A stretch of DNA of 64,000 bases from a virus. The first letter of the stretch is position 1; every line of letters starts with the position of its first letter. A program made the position numbers and the translations under genes. Positions 35,493-44,773 of the stretch are shown here, in pieces. The stretch spans positions 1 through 64,000 of the IMG/VR virus record IMGVR_UViG_3300025860_000003. One strand, written 5' to 3'. The notes beneath the pieces were generated by a model. That model was given only the letters and a program-made list of their open reading frames with translations. It made no database searches and was not told where the DNA came from.

Positions 35493-35821
35493 TTGGAGAT
35501 CCTCTTAGATTTAGGTTTGGCTTTAGGCTTGGCTTTAGGCTTGGCTTTAGGCTTGGCTTTAGGCTTGGCTTTAGGCTTGGCTTTAGGCTTGGCTTTCACT
35601 TTAGGTTTAGGCTTCTTGACTACAACCTCTTTGACCACATTGACTTCGCTCTTCGACAGCTCACCGTCAACCAACCCATACACAAACTTATTTGTCACAA
35701 CTTGAATACCGTCAAATAACACAACCTTTTCTTTCGTCTTCTTAGAGTTATAATCATTGACGATTCTAGTCTTCAGGCTAGTCAGGCTGTCCCAGTTCTT
35801 CTTTTTGGTATAGTCGATCAA
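35489..35821 (-). CDS. basic protein with (AKPK)n histone-H1-like tail
   Basis: C-terminal KAKPKAKPK repeats. Confidence 0.7.
   Translation of the reverse strand: MIDYTKKKNWDSLTSLKTRIVNDYNSKKTKEKVVLFDGIQVVTNKFVYGLVDGELSKSEVNVVKEVVVKKPKPKVKAKPKAKPKAKPKAKPKAKPKAKPKAKPKSKRISK
35510..35593. repeat. 12-bp tandem repeat
   Basis: TTTAGGCTTGGC six perfect copies plus one single-mismatch copy. Confidence 0.95.
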
Positions 35822-36066
35822 AGTGCTGTCGCGTTTCGATTAGCGATTATGGCATACACTTCTTTCAGGTCTTTCGCTACCGCAGCAGCTTCAGAGCGAG
35901 AGCGTTCACCGTCCATATGCAGGACTTCAGGCTCAAGTTTAGAAGTGATGATATTCATCAACTCAGCCGCAGCATCTTCTGTAAGAGGGAGTTCAATAGG
36001 TGCTTCGCCCCAGAGTGAGCGAAAGGCATTTTCACGGATAAGGAATTCTTCTAATAATTTATTCAT
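35818..36066 (-). CDS. early hypothetical protein
   Basis: LEPEVLHMDGE motif; GAGAGAGA RBS and promoter upstream. Confidence 0.7.
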   Translation of the reverse strand: MNKLLEEFLIRENAFRSLWGEAPIELPLTEDAAAELMNIITSKLEPEVLHMDGERSRSEAAAVAKDLKEVYAIIANRNATAL

Positions 36067-36098
36067 AATATAGGTCTCTCTCAATCAATTCAAATACA

Positions 36099-36127
36099 AT
36101 TATACATCAACGGAAGACTGAAGGCAA
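36099..36127 (-). promoter_or_regulatory. early sigma70-type promoter
   Basis: TTGCCT-17 nt-TATAAT. Confidence 0.75.
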
Positions 36128-36132
36128 GGGAT

Positions 36133-36357
36133 TTATACCATACTGGCTTCAGCCTTATATGCCATCTCAAGGACGCGCATGTTTTCATTATAGATATTCA
36201 CCAGCTCAGAGTGGGTGTATATCTCATAACCGCTGAAGAGGATCTCTTTACCAACACTAGGAACTTCAGTATCAGCAAACGGCTTCAGCGTCAAGGCATC
36301 AACCTCAAAACCCAACAACTCAGCCAATTCAGCGGTAGTCTTAATCTCAATACTCAT
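36133..36357 (-). CDS. early hypothetical protein
   Basis: AGGAG RBS, own promoter. Confidence 0.7.
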   Translation of the reverse strand: MSIEIKTTAELAELLGFEVDALTLKPFADTEVPSVGKEILFSGYEIYTHSELVNIYNENMRVLEMAYKAEASMV

Positions 36358-36381
36358 GTCAAACTCCTATCTCAAAAACAC

Positions 36382-36420
36382 ATTATACACTATCGACAAC
36401 CTAAAGTCAACAACTATTTT
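36382..36420 (-). promoter_or_regulatory. early sigma70-type promoter
   Basis: AAAATAGTTG-TTGACT-17 nt-TATAAT. Confidence 0.8.
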
Positions 36421-36725
36421 GAATTATTTACATATAATTGGTGACGGTTGATAGCCCACTTCTCAACAACGGGATCACCGTTCTCGTCCTCGTCAGTGAT
36501 GATATAGGCGACAGTCTTCAGCACGCGAGCGTATCTCCAAGCGTGCATACCACCGAGTGGATTGCTCGTTACATAGACCTTATGGGGATATTCTTCAGGA
36601 TTGAATGCGCTGGTCTCTTCATCATTCACAGTGAACTCGAACAGCTCATCGAAGTCTTTCTCAACAAACGCTCCGAGGATGGTAGCGTCTTGATCAAAGT
36701 AAGTGTTTATCGGGGCAAATGACAT
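36414..36725 (-). CDS. early hypothetical protein
   Basis: GAGGAG RBS; WRYARVLKTVAYIITDED. Confidence 0.7.
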   Translation of the reverse strand: MSFAPINTYFDQDATILGAFVEKDFDELFEFTVNDEETSAFNPEEYPHKVYVTSNPLGGMHAWRYARVLKTVAYIITDEDENGDPVVEKWAINRHQLYVNNSK

Positions 36726-36751
36726 AGGAACTCCTCAATTTCAGAACAGAT

Positions 36752-36780
36752 ATTATACCATATCCGAACGCCGAAGACAA
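36752..36780 (-). promoter_or_regulatory. early sigma70-type promoter
   Basis: TTGTCT-17 nt-TATAAT. Confidence 0.75.
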
Positions 36781-36825
36781 GCATTATTTTGATTAATTTT
36801 AGGTAATAATTGGTATTTCAGGCAT

Positions 36826-36850
36826 AAAAAAAGGGACTCGAAAGTCCCCT
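36826..36850 (-). terminator. intrinsic terminator
   Basis: GGGACU-UUCG-AGUCCC followed by a U run. Confidence 0.85.
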
Positions 36851-36869
36851 GATTCGGTTAAAAAGTAAC

Positions 36870-37382
36870 CTATTTAATTGATCCACCCATGGGGTTGGCT
36901 AAGTAGTCCATGCCGTCCCAGAGGTTATCGACTTCCTTTTGAATTCGATCTAACTTCTTATTGACTTCATCACTCTTTTCTGTGGCTATCTCGGCTTTGG
37001 TCACGGTCACTTGCATGTCCTTAACCAGTTTCTCAACCTCAACCACTCGCTCTTGGAGAGCAACCAACTCTTGCTGACGATCCATAATCGTTTTAAGGTT
37101 TGTGCCTAACTCGACTAACTTACCTTGTAGATTATCAATGTCACTTACTTTGAGTTCTTCCTCAATGACAGCCACTCTGGATTTGAAATCAGAAAGGTCA
37201 TTGCCAGTGTTTTCGATGAATAGCGGAACAGTTATTCCAAGGTCTTCAACCGCTTCAATGCGAGAGAAGAACTCAGATGCTGTCCAAATACCACCACCAA
37301 TTGTTGTTGCAAAACTAAGAAGAACAGCAATCCAAACTCCCTTTATCTTAGTACCGCCTACATCTAACTCCATATTTTCCAT
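36870..37382 (-). CDS. membrane-anchored coiled-coil protein
   Basis: N-terminal TM (WIAVLLSFATTIGGGIW), long heptad region. Confidence 0.75.
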   Translation of the reverse strand: MENMELDVGGTKIKGVWIAVLLSFATTIGGGIWTASEFFSRIEAVEDLGITVPLFIENTGNDLSDFKSRVAVIEEELKVSDIDNLQGKLVELGTNLKTIMDRQQELVALQERVVEVEKLVKDMQVTVTKAEIATEKSDEVNKKLDRIQKEVDNLWDGMDYLANPMGGSIK

Positions 37383-37397
37383 AGCTCTACTTTCCTA

Positions 37398-38273
37398 TTA
37401 TCTTGGTTCTGGGTCTATCATTGGATCATACATCTCACCGTCACACTCTATACTCATCGGATCGAAGAAGCAAGGATCACCGCCAGTTGGTCCAGTGTTA
37501 TAAAACTCAGAATTCATACCATCGCCATATATTTGAGCAGAGTTGATATATCCCATTCCAAGATCGAATGATATAAACATCGAAGTTGTGTTGAAAAGTG
37601 TTACTACAGTTGGACCTTCTGCTGCCGCTACAAACATGAGAGAATCAGCATTCAGGAAGTCTTCGCCAGCAGCCGCCACTTCACTTTCCATCTGTGACAT
37701 AAGCTCACCGTTATTGGCAACCGCAACAAAGGCAGCGAACGCCTGACCAGATTCTTCAACAGCATCAAGTGAATCGTTATATACATCAACATGAGTGTCA
37801 GATATTGTCACATCATTTGTTGCAATGTATGACTGGACACTTTGAGCCTTTATAGCATCACCGCTTTTTTCAGCATCGTTTGCCATATCATTTACCGTAA
37901 CAGCCTCAATCAATACACTAGATGCTCCAATGTATGAATCAACAGCAACACCAAAATCTGCTGCCGCATCTTGGCGAGCAACGTCCACATACTCCTGAAC
38001 TGACATAGTGTATACTGCTTGCTGTGTGGCGTCCAAAGCAGCATTATACGCATCTGCTTGTTCATATGTTAAATGCGATTCAGAAGCAGTACCTACTCCT
38101 ACAATCTCTCCATTGACTGTGGCAGTAGTGACACCACCCACATATTGTATTCCCTGATCAAATGTTGTTACGATACTACCACTGGCAGTAACCAGTTGGT
38201 CTAAATCAATCTGACTTTGTGCGGAAACGCTCAGACACGCTAAGACCGCCACCATCAATAGTTTCTTCTTCAT
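37398..38273 (-). CDS. secreted acidic protein
   Basis: signal peptide MKKKLLMVAVLACLSVSAQS. Confidence 0.75.
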   Translation of the reverse strand: MKKKLLMVAVLACLSVSAQSQIDLDQLVTASGSIVTTFDQGIQYVGGVTTATVNGEIVGVGTASESHLTYEQADAYNAALDATQQAVYTMSVQEYVDVARQDAAADFGVAVDSYIGASSVLIEAVTVNDMANDAEKSGDAIKAQSVQSYIATNDVTISDTHVDVYNDSLDAVEESGQAFAAFVAVANNGELMSQMESEVAAAGEDFLNADSLMFVAAAEGPTVVTLFNTTSMFISFDLGMGYINSAQIYGDGMNSEFYNTGPTGGDPCFFDPMSIECDGEMYDPMIDPEPR

Positions 38274-38895
38274 CTATTGTTACCCCTATCCCGAGTAAAG
38301 AGTTATATGTTTTTTGGTTTTTTAATGTACCAAACTTAGTCTTTTCATTATAGTCAGGAATGTATAGTTCTGGTCGCCTTTTCATAGCGATCAGTGCATT
38401 CTTACCGAAGATCATCTTTCCGTTCACTAAGACAGGACATGGTGTCCCTGCCGAAAACATTGCTTTCCAGTTCTCTAGATTCTGGCACATTCGCGCAACT
38501 GCGGCGATCGACATACCAAGATCCTTCAATACTTTCGCATCCTTTCGTCTATTACATTCTTCATCTTGTTTGTATCCACCGCCACTAAGACCGAGAATAT
38601 CCATCTGGAGCGCAATGCTTTTGCTCTTGAGGCAGGTGTCATTACCTGACGACATTAATGATGGGGATATTGCGGTTGGTGGTGGAGCGGGTGATCCAGC
38701 GCCAGCGCCCACGTTTTGCGTAGTCTGGCTATTTGATGTTGTTGTATTATTTGAGTTGACCGTTGAGTCCTGAGTATTTGTGTTCAGGTCTCCGTTTTGG
38801 TCGTTAGTCTCGTCGTCTTGGGCATAAGCCATTGAACAGAATGACAGACACAACAATACAAATGCAACTTTGCCCTTGCGCATAATCTTATCCAT
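38206..38895 (-). CDS. secreted cysteine-containing protein
   Basis: signal peptide ending AYA-Q, N/T-rich linker, PPPTAISPS, conserved-looking Cys pattern. Confidence 0.75.
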   Translation of the reverse strand: MDKIMRKGKVAFVLLCLSFCSMAYAQDDETNDQNGDLNTNTQDSTVNSNNTTTSNSQTTQNVGAGAGSPAPPPTAISPSLMSSGNDTCLKSKSIALQMDILGLSGGGYKQDEECNRRKDAKVLKDLGMSIAAVARMCQNLENWKAMFSAGTPCPVLVNGKMIFGKNALIAMKRRPELYIPDYNEKTKFGTLKNQKTYNSLLGIGVTIDEEETIDGGGLSVSERFRTKSD

Positions 38896-38949
38896 TTCAT
38901 TGTTATTATTATAATAGAATAATGTAAATTTTTACATCGTTTTACGATC

Positions 38950-38957
38950 TATTTATA
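38950..38957 (-). promoter_or_regulatory. T4-type late promoter
   Basis: TATAAATA upstream of the three-gene envelope operon. Confidence 0.75.
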
Positions 38958-38994
38958 AAATGGATTCTTGCATCGGGCGTTTTTTTGTGCTTTC

Positions 38995-39240
38995 CTATAA
39001 ATTATTGGCGACTCCGCTGAGCAGCAGAGTAAGCATAACTGAATTTAATATGATCAATGCTCTATCATTCCAAAGGATAGAAACCCATAACCACATGATA
39101 GTACCAGCCGAACCAACTGCCATGTCTATCAGATGATACTCTGTTCCAGCTTGACGGAACAAGACTGAAATCAAAATAAGTATAGTGGCAGTCCACTTGA
39201 CATACCACTCGACCGACTTTTTCGGTGAACTATTCTCCAT
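38995..39240 (-). CDS. small polytopic membrane protein
   Basis: WYVKWTAT...WLWVSILWNDRALIILN, three hydrophobic segments. Confidence 0.75.
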   Translation of the reverse strand: MENSSPKKSVEWYVKWTATILILISVLFRQAGTEYHLIDMAVGSAGTIMWLWVSILWNDRALIILNSVMLTLLLSGVANNL

Positions 39241-39394
39241 GGAGATTCATCCTCGACACCGCATTCATGGCAACGATAATACCAACAAGAGCAATTGTTG
39301 TGCCCATCGCAAAACTCATTCTTTCTGTTTCCATACTTCCAACAGACCCAAACATTAAAAAAGCACCAATTGCTAATTGCAATTTATCTAACAT
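39230..39394 (-). CDS. small membrane protein
   Basis: MLDKLQLAIGAFLMFGSVGSMETERMSFAMGTTIALVGIIVAMNAVSRMNLHGE*. Confidence 0.55.
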   Translation of the reverse strand: MLDKLQLAIGAFLMFGSVGSMETERMSFAMGTTIALVGIIVAMNAVSRMNLHGE

Positions 39395-39395
39395 G

Positions 39396-39848
39396 TTATT
39401 CTACCTCACCTATTTTCTTATACCGATTAAGTTCATTAAGTTCCAGCGCCCATGGCCAGCAATCAAGAAACAATTCTCGCTCCAAGCGATATGCTTCCTT
39501 TTCCCATGGCTGATTCTCATACTGGAAGTTGTTAGCGTTTCGACCTTTCCACTTCCACACGCCAGTCGAGGATAACTCCCCACGAAGAAACTGTTTAGCG
39601 TGAACCATCTCATGAGCCAGTGCTTGCATCTGCATCATAAATGGTTGATCCTTTGTGGCGATACTGATGTCAACTTCTTTCTTATCGCCGACACAGAGTC
39701 CTTGAGCATCATTATCTAAAGTGCCTTTGAAGTGCACAGTCACACGTCGACTCAGGCGATTGATCTTCAGCTTCCTAGCCATAAGATATAGATACAACTC
39801 GACGTGATCTTTGTTCCTGTGACATCCTACAGTTTCAACAAACATCAT
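39396..39848 (-). CDS. zincin-like metallopeptidase
   Basis: LAHEMVHAKQ (HExxH) and PWEKEA. Confidence 0.8.
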   Translation of the reverse strand: MMFVETVGCHRNKDHVELYLYLMARKLKINRLSRRVTVHFKGTLDNDAQGLCVGDKKEVDISIATKDQPFMMQMQALAHEMVHAKQFLRGELSSTGVWKWKGRNANNFQYENQPWEKEAYRLERELFLDCWPWALELNELNRYKKIGEVE

Positions 39849-40072
39849 ACAGCTTCACTCAGTTTAGTCTCATTTAAATCACGGGCATGCTCAGTGTGGC
39901 GGATAACAGTCTCAACGACATCAGAATAATCGGCAGCAATGCTGATCAGCATACCCACCAAGTAGCCAGCAGCATAAGCGGGATTGCCATCTACTTTCAA
40001 CTCAGCATACAGAGCTTCCACGGCATTTCGGGCAATTGCTTTTTCTTCAGTAGTGGGGATATTAATATTCAT
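39845..40072 (-). CDS. early hypothetical protein
   Basis: GAGG RBS before ATG 40072. Confidence 0.65.
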   Translation of the reverse strand: MNINIPTTEEKAIARNAVEALYAELKVDGNPAYAAGYLVGMLISIAADYSDVVETVIRHTEHARDLNETKLSEAV

Positions 40073-40107
40073 AGTAGACCTCAATAATAAAAGAAAGGGG
40101 ATGGAGA

Positions 40108-40383
40108 CTACGCTTTTGCAAGCATAGTCAAAGGGACGTTCCAGCGCTGACCAGCAGCAGTCTCAACGATGGCTTTGGTTCTATTAACTTTAACAACAAC
40201 AGCGTTCATACCCTCACTAGGGATGAAGACTTTAGAACCCTCACCGAGCGCAGACTTGATGACTACAGATTTGGCTTTACGAAGAGATTTTTGCTTTAAT
40301 TTGACAGCATCAATAATAGCATTCAAGTCAGATGTATTATCAATAGTCATAATAGACGCGATAGCAGAAGTAACTTTACTCAT
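40108..40383 (-). CDS. early hypothetical protein with C-terminal SH3/KOW-like domain
   Basis: GSKVFI...VVKVNRTKAIV...WNVPLTML. Confidence 0.65.
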   Translation of the reverse strand: MSKVTSAIASIMTIDNTSDLNAIIDAVKLKQKSLRKAKSVVIKSALGEGSKVFIPSEGMNAVVVKVNRTKAIVETAAGQRWNVPLTMLAKA

Positions 40384-40392
40384 AATATAATC

Positions 40393-40467
40393 CTATAGGT
40401 ATTGTAGTGCTAATACAGCAACAGCGATGATAATGGCAAATTGAAACAGAAATCTTAAAACAGGCAT
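40393..40467 (-). CDS. 24-aa hydrophobic peptide
   Basis: MPVLRFLFQFAIIAVAVLALQYL*, GAGAGA RBS, first ORF after an early promoter. Confidence 0.5.
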   Translation of the reverse strand: MPVLRFLFQFAIIIAVAVLALQYL

Positions 40468-40501
40468 AATATATTCTCTCAATTCATTAATTTATAAGGG
40501 A

Positions 40502-40567
40502 ATTATACGGCATATATCAGGGGAAGACAACAACTATTTTGAGGTTTCTTATACCGATTTGGAATAA
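40502..40567 (-). promoter_or_regulatory. early promoter cassette with upstream 19-bp box
   Basis: TTGTCT-17-TATAAT at 40502-40530; TTATACCGATTTGGAATAA at 40549-40567. Confidence 0.8.
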
Positions 40568-40632
40568 GCGTTATAACTTTTAGTTCTTTCGTTGTATTCT
40601 TCGGTTTCAAAGTATCTGATGTCAGCCCTCTC

Positions 40633-40815
40633 TTATTTTAAAAATAATCTTTGCGTGTGCAAACTAAGAACTTTGCTCCTATCCGATCTTGTATTGTGTA
40701 AAACCCTAGCATCGTCTATACCGCTATAAACTTTACCATCGTCCATCTGGACAATAATATCGTCGTCAAGGTCTTGGATTAATTTCTTTAAATCACCGAC
40801 ATTAAATATCATCAT
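40633..40815 (-). CDS. early hypothetical protein
   Basis: 60-aa ORF, VGDLKKLIQDLDDD. Confidence 0.55.
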   Translation of the reverse strand: MMIFNVGDLKKLIQDLDDDIIVQMDDGKVYSGIDDARVLHNTRSDRSKVLSLHTQRLFLK

Positions 40816-40979
40816 ACTGTACGCTTCTTAATGTCATATGCAGCTTTCCACATATCAAAAGAAACTGGCTCGCTATAGTTGACCATCTCTTTATCGTACC
40901 GAGCTTGAAGATAAAGTTCTTCTTCACGCTTCATGTCACGAGCTTCTAGGTTATTCATCATAATAGTCTGGTCGTTCAT
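40812..40979 (-). CDS. early hypothetical protein
   Basis: MNDQTIMMNNLEARDMKREEELYLQARYDKE...*, GAGAGAGA RBS. Confidence 0.6.
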   Translation of the reverse strand: MNDQTIMMNNLEARDMKREEELYLQARYDKEMVNYSEPVSFDMWKAAYDIKKRTV

Positions 40980-41007
40980 ATTTTCTCTCTCATCAATTTA
41001 GGAAGCC

Positions 41008-41113
41008 ATTATACCGCGATTTCGGGTTGACGACAACCACTTTCTTATACCGATTTGGAATAAAAGGAGAGTTTTAAGAACTTTTTTGTATATGCTGTAA
41101 AATCAACAACTTA
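41008..41113 (-). promoter_or_regulatory. early promoter cassette with 19-bp box and IHF-consensus site
   Basis: TTGTCG-17-TATAAT at 41008-41036; box at 41045-41063; AATCAACAACTTA at 41101-41113. Confidence 0.75.
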
Positions 41114-41155
41114 GAGAGCCTGCTCGCCCGAGTAGAGCGAGCAGGAGGGGACAGG

Positions 41156-41620
41156 TTATTCGGTCAGACCAACGCTGTAGTGGGTCTTGCCGTCTACGCG
41201 AGCGGCTGTTAAGACGCTCTTGCGGTTATCTTCTGAACTCACATATGATACATGAACCCATCCTGAGTCGGGGATACCTGATGTATAGAACTCAAGGATC
41301 AGCTGATCAAAGTCGCAGTTGTCTTCAATCCACGTGGCGAGCTCATAGTTCGGAACTCCTGGAACTTCAATGTCTGCTGCCTGACCTTTACAGTGTTGTG
41401 ACTTTGAACTACCACCAACAGCTTCGTTTAATTCAGGACCACGATATCCGCTATTCAATACAGTAGGACCAAAATGATCACGAACCTTTTGTACTACCTT
41501 CTCGAATAATTCTACCGCTGCAGCCATGTGTTCTTCGTTAGGAGTATTATCAATTCCTTTACGTTCTGCTGTTTGGCTCTTTGTGAATTCAGCCAATGAG
41601 AAATTTTTACTTAGTTTCAT
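41156..41620 (-). CDS. peptidase M15A, probable endolysin
   Basis: LSKNFSLAEF, SGYR, SQHCKGQAADI, WVHVS. Confidence 0.88.
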   Translation of the reverse strand: MKLSKNFSLAEFTKSQTAERKGIDNTPNEEHMAAAVELFEKVVQKVRDHFGPTVLNSGYRGPELNEAVGGSSKSQHCKGQAADIEVPGVPNYELATWIEDNCDFDQLILEFYTSGIPDSGWVHVSYVSSEDNRKSVLTAARVDGKTHYSVGLTE

Positions 41621-41628
41621 ACGTCAAC

Positions 41629-41997
41629 CTATACAAATTTGTTCATGTTTGGTGCCCAGTAATTTGGACCTTTTAATACTTTACCGTCTTCACGATAGAT
41701 AGGACTGCCATCTTCACCTAGCTTGCTCATATTTGATTCATGAACTTCACTGAATGTTGCGTCTAGATCAATGCCATATGCAGCGCCAGCACCATAGACA
41801 ACATACAACAGGTCAGTAAGAGCATCAGCTATCTCAGCCATGTCTTTTTGATCAACAGCCTCACACAATTCTTGTAGCTCTTCAGCAATCAACTCAATAC
41901 GAAGATCCGCAATATCGTCCCCAGCCCAATCGGGATCAGACTTCACTTCTTGTCCAAACGTGTTCATAAAATCTTTAACTTTTTCATAATTACTCAT
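41629..41997 (-). CDS. MazG-like NTP pyrophosphohydrolase
   Basis: EELQEL...DALTDLLYV, VHESNMSK, DGKVLKGPNY. Confidence 0.85.
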   Translation of the reverse strand: MSNYEKVKDFMNTFGQEVKSDPDWAGDDIADLRIELIAEELQELCEAVDQKDMAEIADALTDLLYVVYGAGAAYGIDLDATFSEVHESNMSKLGEDGSPIYREDGKVLKGPNYWAPNMNKFV

Positions 41998-42016
41998 AAT
42001 ATACTCTTTTGTGTGT

Positions 42017-42415
42017 TTAGAATTTCTTGCCGATGTTATACTTAGTTTCCAATGCCCACTCGTCTTTCTCTTTATATGGAAGGACTTTAATTTGGTTTAA
42101 TGGGGCAATTGGCTCTTTGCTCTTCTCCGCATCCACTAACTTAATCAAACCCCATTCAGCTAGTAAATTTGCGATTGTATTACGTCTGCCGACATCTTCA
42201 ATGCCAAAGTTACTTGGCTTACCGTCTAATGCAAATAGTTCTTTAAAGTGGACAATGTAATACTTACCTTGCTTATGCAAGATATGGCATGATTGATACA
42301 GTGTTTTGTTTTTGTGTGAAGCCACGCCAATGCGTGTGAGTGTTTCGCGGATCTTCAGAAAATCGTCATCATCCTTTAATACTACTTCCACCAGACTATC
42401 CAGCATGTTTCCCAC
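42017..42415 (-). CDS. regA: translational repressor
   Basis: FLKIRETLTRIG, LYQSCHILHKQGKYYIVHFKELF. Confidence 0.95.
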   Translation of the reverse strand: MGNMLDSLVEVVLKDDDDFLKIRETLTRIGVASHKNKTLYQSCHILHKQGKYYIVHFKELFALDGKPSNFGIEDVGRRNTIANLLAEWGLIKLVDAEKSKEPIAPLNQIKVLPYKEKDEWALETKYNIGKKF

Positions 42416-42800
42416 CCTTATCCATTCTTGTTTTTATATCACTGATTTGGTCAGCAGTAAGAATGGTGAGGGCTTGGTGGGCTTTAATATCGCTGTATCC
42501 ATAATATTCTTTGACACACGCCACGTCACTATCTTTCTGCTTCTTTTCCCATTTAGCATAACGCTTTTTGGGTCTAACAGTATTTATAAAAAACTGAAAC
42601 TGCGGCTTCTTATCTAGATAGTGGCGTGTGTTCATTTCATTAGCAAGAGCGATTGTGTCCGTATGATATGACAACGCACGGTTTGTTAAGAATGGCTCAT
42701 AACCTTTCTCGGCAAGTTGATCATTAGCAGTACCAGTCATCAAGTCGACCTTGGAACTGTTGATAGCATTGATGTAGTCGAAAGGATTTGCTTTTGCCAT
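42396..42800 (-). CDS. clamp loader small subunit (gp62-like)
   Basis: PFLTNRALS...ANEMN, KEYYGYS; directly upstream of regA as in T4. Confidence 0.88.
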   Translation of the reverse strand: MAKANPFDYINAINSSKVDLMTGTANDQLAEKGYEPFLTNRALSYHTDTIALANEMNTRHYLDKKPQFQFFINTVRPKKRYAKWEKKQKDSDVACVKEYYGYSDIKAHQALTILTADQISDIKTRMDKGGKHAG

Positions 42801-43033
42801 TATGAGTAATCATCCAATTTGTTGATCTGTAGGAATGTGTTCCATAGTTTTTGGAACCTCAACTCATATAAGTCGCCTATACCTGTCAATTGATTGCTCA
42901 ATTGGTCTTGATGTTTAGGATCAAGTCCCTTATACATATCGGTGTCGACAATTATTTCTGCCATGAGTTTAGTGTCATCAACTACATTCCAACAATTCAT
43001 TATAGCAGCTTCTAAATCAAAACGGTCGTTCAT
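42800..43033 (-). CDS. hypothetical protein
   Basis: RFDLEAAIMNCW...YELRFQKLW. Confidence 0.7.
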   Translation of the reverse strand: MNDRFDLEAAIMNCWNVVDDTKLMAEIIVDTDMYKGLDPKHQDQLSNQLTGIGDLYELRFQKLWNTFLQINKLDDYS

Positions 43034-43626
43034 TATTCGTCTCCTGCAACGATGTCAATGAGCTTTTGCATGCGCATAACATCCATAACAATATCATGGC
43101 GTGGATCGTGACCCACGAATTTGTCGGCTAACTCTTCAGGTATAAACGAATTCTTCAGAGGCGAGCCATATGATAAACCCTCAATGAATGATCGAGTATC
43201 TCGAATCAACCACCAGTCAAACGGATCTTTCTCGCCAGAGTGCGCAAGTAATGTCCGTAGAAAGATAGGATCAAATGAGTTGCCTCGTGTCCAGACCTTT
43301 CTTACTGGCGCTACATCAAGTTTATCACAGAACCAATTATACAACTCTTTGACTGATTTGTCAAGCGGCGATGGAGCTAGTAACGCTTGCGCTTCTTTGG
43401 GCTGATTCTTCCACCAAGCCAAAGTGCTCTTCTGGATGTTGCGTCCAAGTTTAACCTGCTCAGCAACATCAAACTTAATCATATGAGTGTCAGCAAGTAG
43501 CTCTTCATAGGTGTATGGATTCTTCAGGAATCTCTTATCGTCATACTGGAGAACAGCCAAGCTAACCGCAACACCATTCACCATATCTTGACTTAATGTT
43601 TCAAAGTCATATATCACACTATTCAT
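43033..43626 (-). CDS. dexA: DEDD 3'-5' exonuclease (DexA-like)
   Basis: IYDFETL, WTRGNSFD, RDTRS, HDPRHD. Confidence 0.75.
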   Translation of the reverse strand: MNSVIYDFETLSQDMVNGVAVSLAVLQYDDKRFLKNPYTYEELLADTHMIKFDVAEQVKLGRNIQKSTLAWWKNQPKEAQALLAPSPLDKSVKELYNWFCDKLDVAPVRKVWTRGNSFDPIFLRTLLAHSGEKDPFDWWLIRDTRSFIEGLSYGSPLKNSFIPEELADKFVGHDPRHDIVMDVMRMQKLIDIVAGDE

Positions 43627-44332
43627 ATTTCCATCCTATAGGGGTTTTGTTGCAGTGGTCGTTATAATCTTCTTCCTGATGCCATGATGATGCCCAATGG
43701 TGGACTGCATATGCTTCAGGGCATGTTTCAGCAAAGTCTTCATTCCTTCTATCCATCTCATCCCAGAGATATGGATATAACAGTTCACGCGGAACAGCCT
43801 TTTCATATCCTGCAGTGTCGCTGAAAAATACTGTACCATATTTCTTTTGCGCAGGGTACACAAACCCTTCATTCATCAATGTCAGCTGGGCTTGGGTTTC
43901 TTTGATGTGCTGGTGTCGGGCATAACAACCCTCAACAAGGTCGTGCATCTCGACACCACCCTTTGCTGAGGCTATGAACGCATTACACATATATTCATCG
44001 CTCTCAGCCCCAGCAACAAAACTCTTTCCACTCATAAGATCATCAATAGGCTTCAGACATTCATAATCAATATCAGTATAAACTCCACCATATCTAAACA
44101 GTATCTCATATCTCAACAAATCAGACACTTCAGCCAAAGATGTCGCATATTCAGCTATATATGAGTTCTTGAACAAAAACCCATCAAGCCTAGCTACACG
44201 TAGAGCATTCTCATCCCAGACAATAAATTCCCATTCTGGATTATGCTTCTTCCATGTTGATTGCCAATACTTTTGCTCTGCGCTTAATCTTCCACCACCC
44301 AGCCATATTTGGTGTATTATTTTAGGTATCAT
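43619..44332 (-). CDS. glycosyltransferase, GT32/OCH1-like
   Basis: MIPKIIHQIW, SDLLRYEILFRYGGVYTDID, HHWASSW. Confidence 0.88.
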   Translation of the reverse strand: MIPKIIHQIWLGGGRLSAEQKYWQSTWKKHNPEWEFIVWDENALRVARLDGFLFKNSYIAEYATSLAEVSDLLRYEILFRYGGVYTDIDYECLKPIDDLMSGKSFVAGAESDEYMCNAFIASAKGGVEMHDLVEGCYARHQHIKETQAQLTLMNEGFVYPAQKKYGTVFFSDTAGYEKAVPRELLYPYLWDEMDRRNEDFAETCPEAYAVHHWASSWHQEEDYNDHCNKTPIGWKYE

Positions 44333-44772
44333 ACTTCCACCACATTAAGAGTCCCAGTCAAAAGGCATTCATTGCCAGACAATTCATATCCATTCTCTTC
44401 AAGGTCAAACATAACCATATTACCAGACGCTTCATATAGACTGGTGACATGCTTTCGATTATCTTCTTCCCACCATCCTTCAGTAAGGAACACCTCTGAA
44501 ACGCTCGAGCGTTTAACGCTCTCAAAGCAAGACATATTTTCCCATTCCTCAAACACCGCATCTGGATCTAAATCACAATTACTGTCACCAGTACTTATAA
44601 GATTCATCAAAGCAATCTCATCTTCGGTCTGCGGAGTAACTTCAATCGAGCCAGTTTGCCATACACTCTCTAGAACAACAATCTCAGCATCACGAGCATA
44701 TGTCTCTGTTGTGCAGAAGCACCCATTCTCTTTAGGGCTTAACTTATATGTTTTACCAATTTCTATTCTCAT
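44329..44772 (-). CDS. acidic hypothetical protein (paralog of 32650-33108)
   Basis: IEIGKTYKLSP...WQTGSIEVTPQTEDE. Confidence 0.65.
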   Translation of the reverse strand: MRIEIGKTYKLSPKENGCFCTTETYARDAEIVVLESVWQTGSIEVTPQTEDEIALMNLISTGDSNCDLDPDAVFEEWENMSCFESVKRSSVSEVFLTEGWWEEDNRKHVTSLYEASGNMVMFDLEENGYELSGNECLLTGTLNVVEV

Positions 44773-44773
44773 T

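Noticed and set aside
35510-35593. CRISPR-like array
   Set aside because: contiguous 12-bp coding repeat with no spacers; no cas genes seen
41119-41145. GC-rich hairpin after the endolysin
   Set aside because: single stem at a gene end; probably termination or mRNA stabilisation, nothing further supportable
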